DNA from: Thermodesulfobacteriota bacterium
GTDB lineage: Bacteria > Desulfobacterota_D > UBA1144 > Nemesobacterales > Mycalebacteriaceae
Assembly (NCBI GenBank): GCA_965205855.1
Contig: OZ242184.1
Span: 886,570-950,569 of the forward strand
Reading direction: 5' to 3'
DNA length: 64,000 bases
The stretch's first letter is position 1, and each line of letters starts with the position of its first letter. The notes under the pieces are model-generated. The model had not been told where the DNA came from and ran no database searches. It was given only the letters and a program-made list of their open reading frames with translations. Made by a program: the position numbers and the translations under genes. This document shows positions 42,789-52,050 of the stretch, piece after piece.

Positions 42789-43547
42789 TCAATTATGCCA
42801 CAAAAAGGGATGGAGTGTCAAACTATACGGCGACCGCCTGATAGTCGGGGAGTTCACCCATTGTTTTCCCTCAAGAGCGCGTCCCGTCTTCTTTTTGTTC
42901 ACACCGCCCCATTGTTTGAAGAAAAACGGAACCCCGCTTTCAACGCAGTTGTCCCTGATTTCCGTAACCCATTCCTCTTTCATCGGTCTTGCGCCGGGGC
43001 CGGACTCTCCACCGACAATGACCCAGTCTATGCCTGACAAATTGAGGTTTGGAAACGGGGCAAGCAACGGTTCAAGAGAAAGAAACTTCACGCAAGCATC
43101 GGTCTGTTTTAAAACTTCTGTACGGGAAAGATATTTCTCGGACTCTACGCTTGTTCCCATCCAGATGTTGGAAGTCCAGTGCAGGTGTTTGTTCGCCTTC
43201 ACAACCCTTTCCGGTCTTTTTGTGAGAACCTGAAAAGTGTGTTGAGATGCTTCGTTCATAACTTCAAAAACGGACATAATGAATTTTGCGGGAACATCCT
43301 TGTGGAACAAATCGCTCATTGAATTGACAAAAACTATTTTCGGTTTTTTCCATTTAAGCGGGTCTTTCAAAGTGTGTTCATGAGTGGTGAGTTTGAAACC
43401 GTTTCTGTATTTCTCCATCCCTTGAGCGTGAAGCCGCTTTGCCATCCGCTCGGCGTAGCAGTATTTGCAACCGTGGCTGATTTTTGAACAACCGGTAATG
43501 GGGTTCCATGTTGTGTGAGTCCATCCTATTTTGGAGGGTTGGGTCAT
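42789..43547 (-). CDS. Phage Gp37/Gp68 (DUF5131)-like three-Cys protein.
   Basis: Its N-terminus is [26 protein letters not shown] (C-x6-C-x2-C). The start ATG overlaps the res stop (TAATG). Confidence 0.55.
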   Translation of the reverse strand: MTQPSKIGWTHTTWNPITGCSKISHGCKYCYAERMAKRLHAQGMEKYRNGFKLTTHEHTLKDPLKWKKPKIVFVNSMSDLFHKDVPAKFIMSVFEVMNEASQHTFQVLTKRPERVVKANKHLHWTSNIWMGTSVESEKYLSRTEVLKQTDACVKFLSLEPLLAPFPNLNLSGIDWVIVGGESGPGARPMKEEWVTEIRDNCVESGVPFFFKQWGGVNKKKTGRALEGKQWVNSPTIRRSPYSLTLHPFLWHN

Positions 43548-46090
43548 TACTGTTTGTTGATAACACCGTTTATATCGTCCCGCCAGCTGTCTTCAAACAT
43601 CATCCTGAAAGTAGCGGGCGTCTTATTGATGGCCATTTCGCCTCTGTCAAGGGCGATCCTGTATGTTTTTTCAAGCGTGTCGAGCAATTTTTTCTTGTAA
43701 CTCGTATCTTCGCTGCCTTTCAGGTGGATGCCCTTTGTTTCCAGAATTAGCAGTTTTCCGTTATCTTTTCGGCAGGCCACAAAATCGGGATACACGCGCT
43801 GGCGTCGCCAGCCTTGCAGATAGTACGCTTGTCTTGCAGCTATTCTGTGCCACCAGTAGATGGCGTTGCTCTTATCCAGATAAAGCGCAAAATCCCGCTC
43901 CAGACCGTTAAAACTACTTTCATAAACAGGTTCAAAAAGGTTTTGCTGTATAGGTCTGCCATGTTCGCTCTGTAATGATCTTTCTTGACTGGAAACAAAA
44001 ACCTCGAACGACTTGCTCAATTCGTAGTCCAGTCGCTGGTCGGTCTCAAGGTGAAACCGAATCACATTCCGCCCAACCTTTTCCCGAAACACCGCTTCGG
44101 CCTCGTCGTCTATGGCCTTGTTCACGCGGCGGCTCAATTCTTCGGAAAGGTAAATTCGGTTATTCAACAATTTGCTTTCATCGTGTTTCCTGTTTTTATG
44201 TGTTTGAATAAACCCCTCCGCCATGCGCGCCGCCTGCCACGGATTGGGCACCTTGTCCACAAGCCGCCGAACAAAATAATCCACGCTCAGCCGCTTTTCG
44301 CTGTCAGGGATTTGTTCCGAAGCCTTAACCTGCCCTTGAATGTCCACCGTGGTTTTGATCTCCTGAGTGATGTCTCTATCATCCAGATTCACCGCTGCGC
44401 CCGCGTCAATGGTGTCCCAATCAATCGCGCTTAATATATCGCGGTCGTAATCAATGGGGCGCCAGGTGCGCCCCGCTTTGTGTAACACCTGCGGGAGAAA
44501 AATTTTCAATGGCCGGTATTTACCACGACGTTTGACGGTGGTCGGTTTCGGTGCATCGCCCTCGCCATGCCCGTGAACAAAATCGCCAAGCCCGGTCAGC
44601 CCTTCATTCTCCAGGCCGGCCTTCACGCCTTTGATCGCCTTGCCTACGACCTGATTATAGCAATAGATATAACACTGGTTCAGCGCATCGCCTTGTGCGA
44701 TTCTGCGTGCATGGGGTTGCCGCATCACCCGACCGACCATTTGCGTGATGGCGGTGGTTGCGGTGGTGTTATCCAGCAAGGCAAGCAGATATGCAAACGA
44801 GCAATCCCAGCCTTCTTTCAGCGCGTCTTTGGTGATAATCCAGCGCACCTCGCTTGTCTCGCTCAACAAATCCTCACCCGCAAGTTCCTTGCGTTCCGAT
44901 GATTGAATCCTGATGTGATTCTCCGGCACAGCAAGATTTTGTATCAGGTATTCGCGCGCATCCTCCGAATGAATTTTTCCTTGCCCTCTTTGTTTTGCGC
45001 CCGTTCTTTCCACCCTGACCAAAGCGATGGGTCGGATATGGCGGTTTTCCTGTTCCTGTAATTTTTGCGCCGCACTTTCAAGCTCATCCAGTTTTTCCTG
45101 TGTTTTGGCAAGCGTGTGTTCCCAGTCGGAATTGCTGAAACTGTGAATCTCTATCGGCAGTTTGATCATCTCCTCGTCCTGGAGGTCGCGGCCCGATGTG
45201 TTGACCAGGATATTGCTGATGCCGATTTTCGGCGTGGCGGACAGTTCAAGCACAAAACGGGGGTTGAGCCGGTTGACGGATTTGACAAACTCCTGGTTGT
45301 TTTGATTATTCGGTCCATATGCTTTATGCGCTTCGTCCAAAATCACCGTGGGACGAATCAGTTTCAGCACATTGATCAGGCTTTGCTTAACCCAGTCGCC
45401 GGGTGCATTTTTCTCCAGGTCGGGATGGTGTTCCGAAAGCGTTGCATTGGCCGCCGCGTCATCCTGCTCGGGAAAAAACGACATATACCCGCTGCTGTCG
45501 CGGAATATTTTGAGAAACTCCCTGTTCTTTTGCCGGTTGGCGGAGGGTAGCATCAGCAGCATAATGCAAAGATAGTTTTCGGTATCCTGTCGGGTAAAGC
45601 GGTCGGTTTTTTGCAACAATTTGACCCTGCCGCCAGACATATGTTCGAGCATCTGCCGGTAGGTATGTTCGCGGGTGTGGAACGCCTGGCGGGTCTGCTC
45701 GTAGATCGCCCGGGTCGGCACAATCCACAACACAAAGCCGGTATCCCGCTTGATCCGCTCAAGCGTGGCCACGCCCAACAGCGTCTTGCCGCCGCCGGTC
45801 GGCACCTTCAGGCAAACATGCGGGATGGGTTCGCCGGATGCCGCAGTGCGGGAAATGTAGCCGGGAACTGCCATGTCACCGTCTTGGGAAATGCCGGGGA
45901 GGATATTTTGATCTTTCAGCGCCTTCCAAGCTAAGAGGGGATAGTTTTGCAGTTCTTCAGGAATATCAATCCCCGACTCTTCAAGAGCTTTGCCCGCCTT
46001 TTCACTAGTCAGCCGCGCTTCCTTGAGCGCGTCCAGCCAGCGGTCTAACTGTTCAAGAGCTTGTTGCTGATAGTTTTTCAGGGAGAGCAT
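43547..46090 (-). CDS. res: Type III restriction enzyme Res subunit (SF2 helicase plus C-terminal nuclease).
   Basis: It has Walker A (VPTGGGKTL), DEAH (ILDEAHKA), motif VI (QMVGRVMRQ) and a C-terminal PD-(D/E)xK-like ILETKG. The start is set at MLSLKNY (46090), 1 nt after the upstream ORF stop. Confidence 0.75.
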   Translation of the reverse strand: MLSLKNYQQQALEQLDRWLDALKEARLTSEKAGKALEESGIDIPEELQNYPLLAWKALKDQNILPGISQDGDMAVPGYISRTAASGEPIPHVCLKVPTGGGKTLLGVATLERIKRDTGFVLWIVPTRAIYEQTRQAFHTREHTYRQMLEHMSGGRVKLLQKTDRFTRQDTENYLCIMLLMLPSANRQKNREFLKIFRDSSGYMSFFPEQDDAAANATLSEHHPDLEKNAPGDWVKQSLINVLKLIRPTVILDEAHKAYGPNNQNNQEFVKSVNRLNPRFVLELSATPKIGISNILVNTSGRDLQDEEMIKLPIEIHSFSNSDWEHTLAKTQEKLDELESAAQKLQEQENRHIRPIALVRVERTGAKQRGQGKIHSEDAREYLIQNLAVPENHIRIQSSERKELAGEDLLSETSEVRWIITKDALKEGWDCSFAYLLALLDNTTATTAITQMVGRVMRQPHARRIAQGDALNQCYIYCYNQVVGKAIKGVKAGLENEGLTGLGDFVHGHGEGDAPKPTTVKRRGKYRPLKIFLPQVLHKAGRTWRPIDYDRDILSAIDWDTIDAGAAVNLDDRDITQEIKTTVDIQGQVKASEQIPDSEKRLSVDYFVRRLVDKVPNPWQAARMAEGFIQTHKNRKHDESKLLNNRIYLSEELSRRVNKAIDDEAEAVFREKVGRNVIRFHLETDQRLDYELSKSFEVFVSSQERSLQSEHGRPIQQNLFEPVYESSFNGLERDFALYLDKSNAIYWWHRIAARQAYYLQGWRRQRVYPDFVACRKDNGKLLILETKGIHLKGSEDTSYKKKLLDTLEKTYRIALDRGEMAINKTPATFRMMFEDSWRDDINGVINKQ

Positions 46091-46091
46091 A

Positions 46092-46649
46092 TCACGGATT
46101 TTTTGAGTCAGTACTGTCTGAATTATTTGGCAAATTGATGATTTCAACAGGCACATTCCTTTTACCAACTGCAAGACCGACAGCGTAGTTACGGATAATA
46201 GTTTGATCCATTTCCATATCCGCATAGCCTTGTGGATAGTACGAACCCCTTAGAATTTCCATCTGTTCTACCTTAAAATCTAGCACCTTGGCCATTGAGC
46301 TAAGCATCTCCGTGAGCAATTCCATTTGCTCCTTGCCGAGTCGTTCATAGTGCGAACGAGAATCATTTTCTTCGTTAGGCCTCTTAGCATGCGTTTCACC
46401 ATAATGCTTGCGGAGTGCTGCCCATTTTTCTATAACTTCTTTATGCTTAACAAATTCTATCTCAACCAGATTAATGGCTCCGACATAATCAGGTGATAAA
46501 CGCGCATTTCGTGTACGCATTAACGTCTTGAATATATCCATTTTTCGCGCCTTTTGTTCGCGCCATCTGTCAAGAAGACCGTTAACCCAGACAGCTGCGC
46601 AAGGACCGATTAAGATGGCTGCAATGGTGATGATAGAATATGAATTCAT
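46092..46649 (-). CDS. Membrane-anchored hypothetical protein embedded between mod and res.
   Basis: It has one N-terminal TM helix (IITIAAILIGPCAAVWVNGLL) followed by a charged helical domain. It lies 2 nt after the mod stop and 1 nt before the res start, and is visibly AT-richer than its flanks. Confidence 0.6.
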   Translation of the reverse strand: MNSYSIITIAAILIGPCAAVWVNGLLDRWREQKARKMDIFKTLMRTRNARLSPDYVGAINLVEIEFVKHKEVIEKWAALRKHYGETHAKRPNEENDSRSHYERLGKEQMELLTEMLSSMAKVLDFKVEQMEILRGSYYPQGYADMEMDQTIIRNYAVGLAVGKRNVPVEIINLPNNSDSTDSKNP

Positions 46650-46651
46650 GT

Positions 46652-48208
46652 TTATCTTATACCCTCATATGGTAATTGGGCAAAAGTTATCCCCATCTCG
46701 GTTAATGCTTTTTGTCCCATGAATTTGTGAGTGGCGAACACCACCGCGGTTTTCTTTTTTGCCTTGGCCTGTTTGGCGATGCGTTCGGCGCGGGTGCTGT
46801 TCAAAGCGGAATCCGCACTGCGCAGAAAATCAAGGTTCGGCTCGTAGATCAGGTAAAACATTTTGTCACCTGCTTCATAAAATAAACCGTCTTTGCCACG
46901 CCTTGTTTTCGGGTTGAGTTTATGCGGCGATTGTCCGCTTGCGGTATAGATCAGATGGCGGGCAAAGGTTTCATAGCCCGGCAGGTTCCTGCCGGTGAGC
47001 ATTTTTTCAATGCTGATTTCATCGCCCAGTGTGCAATAGGCAAAACTGCCGCCCAGTCCGTTTTTTAGGTTCTCATCCTTTGCTTTTGGTATGCCCTTTA
47101 TCACACGGCGAACGCGCTCGGCGGTGATTTTGTCGGCGTAGTCTTCGCATTCCACCAAGATAAATTTGCGGTTGCCGCCGTCTTCCTTGTTCAGCGCAAG
47201 CACGGCGTGGGCAGTGGTGCCGGAACCGGCGAAGGAGTCGAGGATAATGGCGTTTTTTGTCGTTGCCAGTTGTAAAATCTTTTTCACAAGGGAAATTGGT
47301 TTGGGGTTTTGGAACTGATTAGAACCAAACACCGTCCTCAACTCGATTGTGCCGTTGGTTGTTGTACCTACATCATCCCACCAAGTGCTAGGCGTTAACC
47401 CCCTTCGGCGTGCCTCTGACAAAAAACGTTTGCGCTGAGGTCTGGAACTATTTCTCTTTCCGAATACGATTCTATTGTCTGCAAGAAGCTCCTCAAATTT
47501 GTTCAAATCGTTTTTCCAGCAATTACCTTCAGTGGGGTAAAATATTTCTTTTGTTTTAGGGTTTCTTATCGGATACATCTGATTAGGTCGAACCCCACCA
47601 GCCTCAAATGGATCCGCCTTCCATGGGCCTCTCGGATCATTATCAGGATTTTTGAATCCTTCTAAAATGGCAGGAAGTTTGAAATCTTTTCTAATGGTTT
47701 TTAATACATTCAGTTGTTTAGCATAAGCTATATTATGAGTGTGTGATATTGATACTAATGCAGGATTTGTAATTGATTTTGTGCTATGCCACACAAAATC
47801 TGCAACAAAATTCTCCTCCCCAAAAATCTCATCCATGACCATCCGCAGGCGGTGCTGTTCATTGTCGTCGATGGAAATAAAAATTACGCCATCTTCGGCC
47901 AGCAATTCTCTTAACAACTGCAATCTTGGCCACATCATGCACAGCCATTTGTCGTGCCGCTCCAGGTCTTCGCCATCCACCGGACTTTTGCCTTTCAGCC
48001 ACGCCTTCATCATCGGGCTGTTGACATTGTCGTTATAGACCCATTTCTCATTGCCGGTGTTGTAGGGCGGGTCGATGTAAATGCAGTTGACGCGGCTGGC
48101 ATAGCGCGGCAGCAACGCCTTGAGCGCGTGCAGATTGTCGCCGTGGATAATCAGATTGTCATCAAGGGAAGGGTTACCCCCCCATTTTTCGCTGAAAGAG
48201 ATTTTTTA
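46652..48208 (-). pseudogene. mod: Type III R-M Mod subunit (beta-class N6-adenine methyltransferase) with its 5' end disrupted at a G7 tract; candidate phase-variable gene in the OFF state.
   Basis: DPPY (motif IV) precedes ILDSFAGSGTTAHAV (motif I). Mod-like sequence (DDNLIIHGDNLHALKA) continues upstream of the annotated TTG (48115) to a TAA at about 48208, with no ATG. An upstream ATG ORF (48291..48151) is in another frame and crosses the G7 tract at about 48177-48183. Confidence 0.7.
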
Positions 48209-48284
48209 GTGTCTATCTCAAGTGTCCTGGACGGAACAGTCAGGTGGTGCGCATAAATGAGTTGCTTCCCTTTGAAATCAATTG

Positions 48285-48448
48285 TCGGCATTGAAAACCC
48301 CGTAAATCAGTTTGATATTGGCTTTGAAGATACCCGATTTACTCCCCCAACCTAAACCCCTCAACCTCCCGATGCACCGCCCCTTCCCGTCTCAATTCAC
48401 TCTCCATCAAACAAACTCTTTCAGAAGCAAAACCAAGTTCAAACTGCG
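48285..48448. repeat. Direct repeat copy A of the thpR 3'-terminal sequence (about 164 nt).
   Basis: It is near-identical to copy B and about 90% identical to copy C over tcagtttgatattggctttgaa...caaactgcg. It abuts the mod upstream ATG on one side and the IS fragment on the other. Confidence 0.8.
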
Positions 48449-48768
48449 CCCGCGGTGACATGGAGAACCGGATCAAGGATCAGCAGTTGGATTTGTTTGC
48501 GGATCGCACCTCTTGTCACCGCTGGTGGCCCAACCAGTGCCGGCAGTTGCTGTCAGGGTTGGCTTACACGTTGATTGAGGGATTGCGGCGCCTTGCACTA
48601 CAGGGCACCGAACTGGCCAAAGCCAGTCCTCACAGGATCAGGCTGACACTGCTTAAAATCGGTGCCGTGATCATCCGCAACACGCGCCGCATCCGCCTAC
48701 TGATGAGCAGTGCTTATCCCCATCAGGCGTTGTTCCGCACGGCAGCCTATCGGCTCAACTCCCCATAA
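48449..48768 (+). mobile_element. C-terminal fragment (about 100 aa) of an IS1380-like DDE transposase; IS remnant.
   Basis: ENRIKDQQLDLFADRTSCHRWWPNQ ... LAYTL ... RLTLLKIGA matches the conserved C-terminus of IS1380-family transposases. There is no N-terminal catalytic part, and it starts exactly where repeat A ends. Confidence 0.55.
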
Positions 48769-48959
48769 ACCCAACCCAGTGCTGCCCCGGCATGTTGATA
48801 AACAATGGGGGTAGGGGGAGTTGCGCCCGAAATCTGTGAACAACGAAAGAATTGATCAAAGAACAGGCAACTGCATCATATGATGCATCGACAGGGATGG
48901 CGCTACCGAAAAATCGACCACCACCGCTTCACTCATGAAATATCCGGGATAGTCTCGCT

Positions 48960-50099
48960 TTATTTTCGGATGAGAAACAGAAATTCTTTATTCGGATCGC
49001 TGGATTCCCGCAACCACTCATTTGTCCATTTCATGGCGGCCATCACATTTTTTTTATACTCAATTTTTGCGCTATCCACAATTTCTCCGTTACGCGTTAT
49101 CACCTCGTTTAATTCCTCCGCGGTTGCTCGTCCACCGGAACTGTAAGAGAGCAAGATCCATCGGCAAGGAGTTTCCTTCAGCAAACGCTCTATGGCTTCC
49201 ACCACAACCAATCGTCCTGATTTGCTTCTACGAAATTCCTCGAACACTGAAGTCGCCACTTTATCGGATGTGTCTTTTCTGCGGAGGGACTTGCCAAATA
49301 GCACGGGATGATCATTTTTACATATGGTCGTCCACAAATGATAATATGAAGCGTACCGAACCCTTGAAGGTGGCATTTTTTCATTGTTTGACCCATACGG
49401 AGGATCAAAATAAGCAAGATCGGCGTCCGCTTCGGGAAGTACCTTAAAAACATCACCACACAGCACCGTGTTTTCGATTTCATTTTTCCACAACCGTGGC
49501 ACTTTCAATTGTAAATTTTTGAATGAACGCGGCGACCAATCTTTTAAATAAGAAACAAAATGACCAAGAGTACTGTCTATCTCATTCAACCCTAAAATCA
49601 GGCTTGTCAATGCCACACTTTTGGAAACGTCATCCAGCATCAAGGCATCGATCTCTCTCCTGATTGCATCAAGTTTTCTTGTATTTTTTTTCTGCCAAGG
49701 CTTTTTGGTTCCATCCTTCTGAATAGCATTATGGCAAGTTCCAGAGCGAACATCACCACCGTAATTCTCAGTAAACCATCCGTCTTCCGGAGGAAGCGAA
49801 TTTAAATGATCAATAAGAGGTTGGTATATTTTCGGGTTTTTTAAGTTTTTCAAATAGCACGTGGCAAAAATTCTTGACCATTCGGAAATATCATTTGATA
49901 CCACGCGATATCCTGCTTGTGCAAAAGATTGACTTACTCTGGTGGAGCCTGAAAAACCGTCAAAAATGCTTTTTGCTCCGGTCTGTTTTGACAGATTAAA
50001 AATATGTGGAAGCAGTTTCAGTTTTGAGCCTGCGTAATTGATGCCTTCGGTTTTTGGAACATCAATCCAATCACGAAAAATTTGAACTTGCCCTTGCAT
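48960..50099 (-). CDS. D12-class (Dam-family) N6-adenine DNA methyltransferase.
   Basis: It has the N-terminal INYAGSKLKLLP motif (compare Dam WAGGK..LL) and FDPPYGS (motif IV), at 379 aa. Confidence 0.7.
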   Translation of the reverse strand: MQGQVQIFRDWIDVPKTEGINYAGSKLKLLPHIFNLSKQTGAKSIFDGFSGSTRVSQSFAQAGYRVVSNDISEWSRIFATCYLKNLKNPKIYQPLIDHLNSLPPEDGWFTENYGGDVRSGTCHNAIQKDGTKKPWQKKNTRKLDAIRREIDALMLDDVSKSVALTSLILGLNEIDSTLGHFVSYLKDWSPRSFKNLQLKVPRLWKNEIENTVLCGDVFKVLPEADADLAYFDPPYGSNNEKMPPSRVRYASYYHLWTTICKNDHPVLFGKSLRRKDTSDKVATSVFEEFRRSKSGRLVVVEAIERLLKETPCRWILLSYSSGGRATAEELNEVITRNGEIVDSAKIEYKKNVMAAMKWTNEWLRESSDPNKEFLFLIRK

Positions 50100-50776
50100 T
50101 ATGTAACTTTAAAGCGGGAAGCCTGCTTGAGTCTAACAATATCATCTTTCACTTTTGCAAGAGCCTCATTCTGGCCGAAATCAGAAGAAACAAGCGCGTG
50201 AGAAAATAGTTGGACCAAGATAGGATTGTGAGAATAATCAACCCATCCATTGGTTATGCTATCAAAATAGTTTAAACCACTTTTTGTATGAGTCCAAAGC
50301 CCTCGCTGGAGGGCATTGGCGGTTGCGCTTCCATAACGCACCTCGCAAATATAAGAATCGCTTGCATCGTAGAAACGATATACTGGGTGCTTTCTACCTT
50401 TCTTTTTTGTTTCTTTTACTATTTTCACCGTTTCAGTTTCAGCGCGGTGGTAATCGAAGACAAGAATATTACACTGTCGATTTTTTTCGTCATAAATTAA
50501 TGGCAAAACATTTACATTGTAAAAATCCGAGAAAGCGGGGTCGGCAAGCACTCGTTGTACATTTTTCTTGCCCACTATTTCATCCCCCTCTTGTGCCAAT
50601 CTCGGAAACATTTTGAAATTCTTGTCGGTTGAAAGTTGAAGGGGACCATCACCATACGCTTTGATGCTAACAGGAAATTCAGCTTCGGTTACTTCATTTA
50701 TTATTTTGATGTCTTCTTCCCGAGATTTGGCTCTGTATAAATCTTTGCCAACATGGATCGAGCGAAAATCATACAT
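50099..50776 (-). CDS. Candidate Type II restriction endonuclease (C-terminal part?), paired with the Dam-like methyltransferase.
   Basis: Its stop overlaps the methyltransferase start. The 225-aa product has no recognised motif, and a 69-aa ORF abuts it 1 nt upstream in another frame. Confidence 0.35.
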   Translation of the reverse strand: MYDFRSIHVGKDLYRAKSREEDIKIINEVTEAEFPVSIKAYGDGPLQLSTDKNFKMFPRLAQEGDEIVGKKNVQRVLADPAFSDFYNVNVLPLIYDEKNRQCNILVFDYHRAETETVKIVKETKKKGRKHPVYRFYDASDSYICEVRYGSATANALQRGLWTHTKSGLNYFDSITNGWVDYSHNPILVQLFSHALVSSDFGQNEALAKVKDDIVRLKQASRFKVT

Positions 50777-50777
50777 A

Positions 50778-50987
50778 CTACTGGTTGATAAATTCGGCTA
50801 TGGCGATTTCTGCCAAATCTCCATGTGTTTTATTTCCAATGAGGCGCATGGTGAAAATGTTGCTCAATGTCAAGATTATTAAATCCGGGCGTTTACTCGC
50901 AAGAAGCTTCAATCTCGAGATGAAATCTTTATATGGATCATTTTTCATGTTTTTCGTTTGATGCCTCTGTTTTGGTATTTTTATCAA
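50778..50987 (-). CDS. Small ORF, possibly the frameshifted N-terminal part of the downstream restriction gene.
   Basis: The 69-aa product ends 1 nt before the ATG of the 225-aa ORF. Confidence 0.3.
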   Translation of the reverse strand: MIKIPKQRHQTKNMKNDPYKDFISRLKLLASKRPDLIILTLSNIFTMRLIGNKTHGDLAEIAIAEFINQ

Positions 50988-51105
50988 CCTTCATTTTTCA
51001 GATCGTCGCATGAGCTTGGGTTGAGATGATTCGGTAGCGTCATCGAGAATTCATGTGTATCAATTGCTGTTCAAGTTTAACCCGTTTTGCCTGTAAATCA
51101 CCCAA

Positions 51106-51335
51106 TCGGCATTGAAAACCCCGTAAATCAGTTTGATATTGGCTTTGAAGATACCCGATTTACTCCCCCAACCTAAACCCCTCAACCTCCCGATGCACCG
51201 CCCCTTCCCGTCTCAATTCACTCTCCATCAAACAAACTCTTTCAGAAGCAAAACCAAGTTCAAACTGCGGCAATTCGGGTAGCTTCATCCTTTTTTTTAT
51301 CCACCCTATCGTAACGTGCGACATAAAATCCCGTT
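51106..51335. repeat. Direct repeat copy B of the thpR 3'-terminal sequence (about 230 nt).
   Basis: It is identical to copy A over about 164 nt and continues to match copy C through ...ataaaatcccgtt. Confidence 0.8.
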
Positions 51336-51461
51336 ATTGTAGGCTGCTGTTATGTGTAACGGAGTTTCATATGAAAATTCTCTGCTATGAGCAATTGTGG
51401 TCACTGGGATTCTCACAATTGCTGGTTGTGCGAGCCAGCCAGATTTGACAATGACTCAGTA

Positions 51462-51872
51462 TTAGTGCTCGCCCTCTTGATTAATTTGTTTCCACAAACT
51501 GCCGATAGCAAGTAGTGCTGGAATAATAAGTAGCACCACTACAATTGGCACACTTGATTTAATTACCTCTACATTTAATGCATATACGGTAATAACATCG
51601 GATATGTCCGTCAATAATCTGACAATTAATATCGCTAAAAGTGCTTTATGAGACTTAAGGAATAAAGCAACTATTATCCCTATAACTACCATTACATTTC
51701 TTGTAATGTAAAGTTGTGTAACATAATTCAATTCGGAAACCTCTGGTATGAAACCACTTGGGTTCATGGCCGTACCAGCTGAGAAGAAAAGCACTAAAGA
51801 TATTTGTATTAGAACAATGACCCATACCCAAATAGGTAAGAATCCATTGGTTTGACCATTTTTGTAATTCAT
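51462..51872 (-). CDS. Hypothetical 4-TM membrane protein (AT-rich cargo gene).
   Basis: It has four hydrophobic segments and low GC relative to the flanks, and sits between repeat copies C and B. Confidence 0.5.
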   Translation of the reverse strand: MNYKNGQTNGFLPIWVWVIVLIQISLVLFFSAGTAMNPSGFIPEVSELNYVTQLYITRNVMVVIGIIVALFLKSHKALLAILIVRLLTDISDVITVYALNVEVIKSSVPIVVVLLIIPALLAIGSLWKQINQEGEH

Positions 51873-52050
51873 ATTTGCAACCTCTTATTTTTACCTAATT
51901 ATCACTTAAACTAAGCAGAGTTTCAAGATATTTTCCGGCATCGGCGGCGTTTTGAGCGCTGCATAAGCAAGTCTCGGTATTAACTCGCACAAATCAAAGC
52001 GACGATTGAAACGATACTGAAATTCTGACAAATAACGCTGTGCGTATTTT

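Noticed and set aside
46091-46225. Longer res start (MRIWKW... at 46225 or MCLLKSS at 46156).
   Set aside because: Either would overlap the upstream TM-protein gene by 65-134 nt. The ATG at 46090 sits 1 nt after that gene's stop, which fits the tight coupling seen at every other junction of the operon.
48116-48291. Extending the mod CDS to the ATG at 48291 as one ORF.
   Set aside because: With the tract read as 7 C's, the ATG frame and the main Mod frame differ, and each is stopped near the tract. It is therefore reported as a disrupted, phase-variable-like gene rather than a single CDS.
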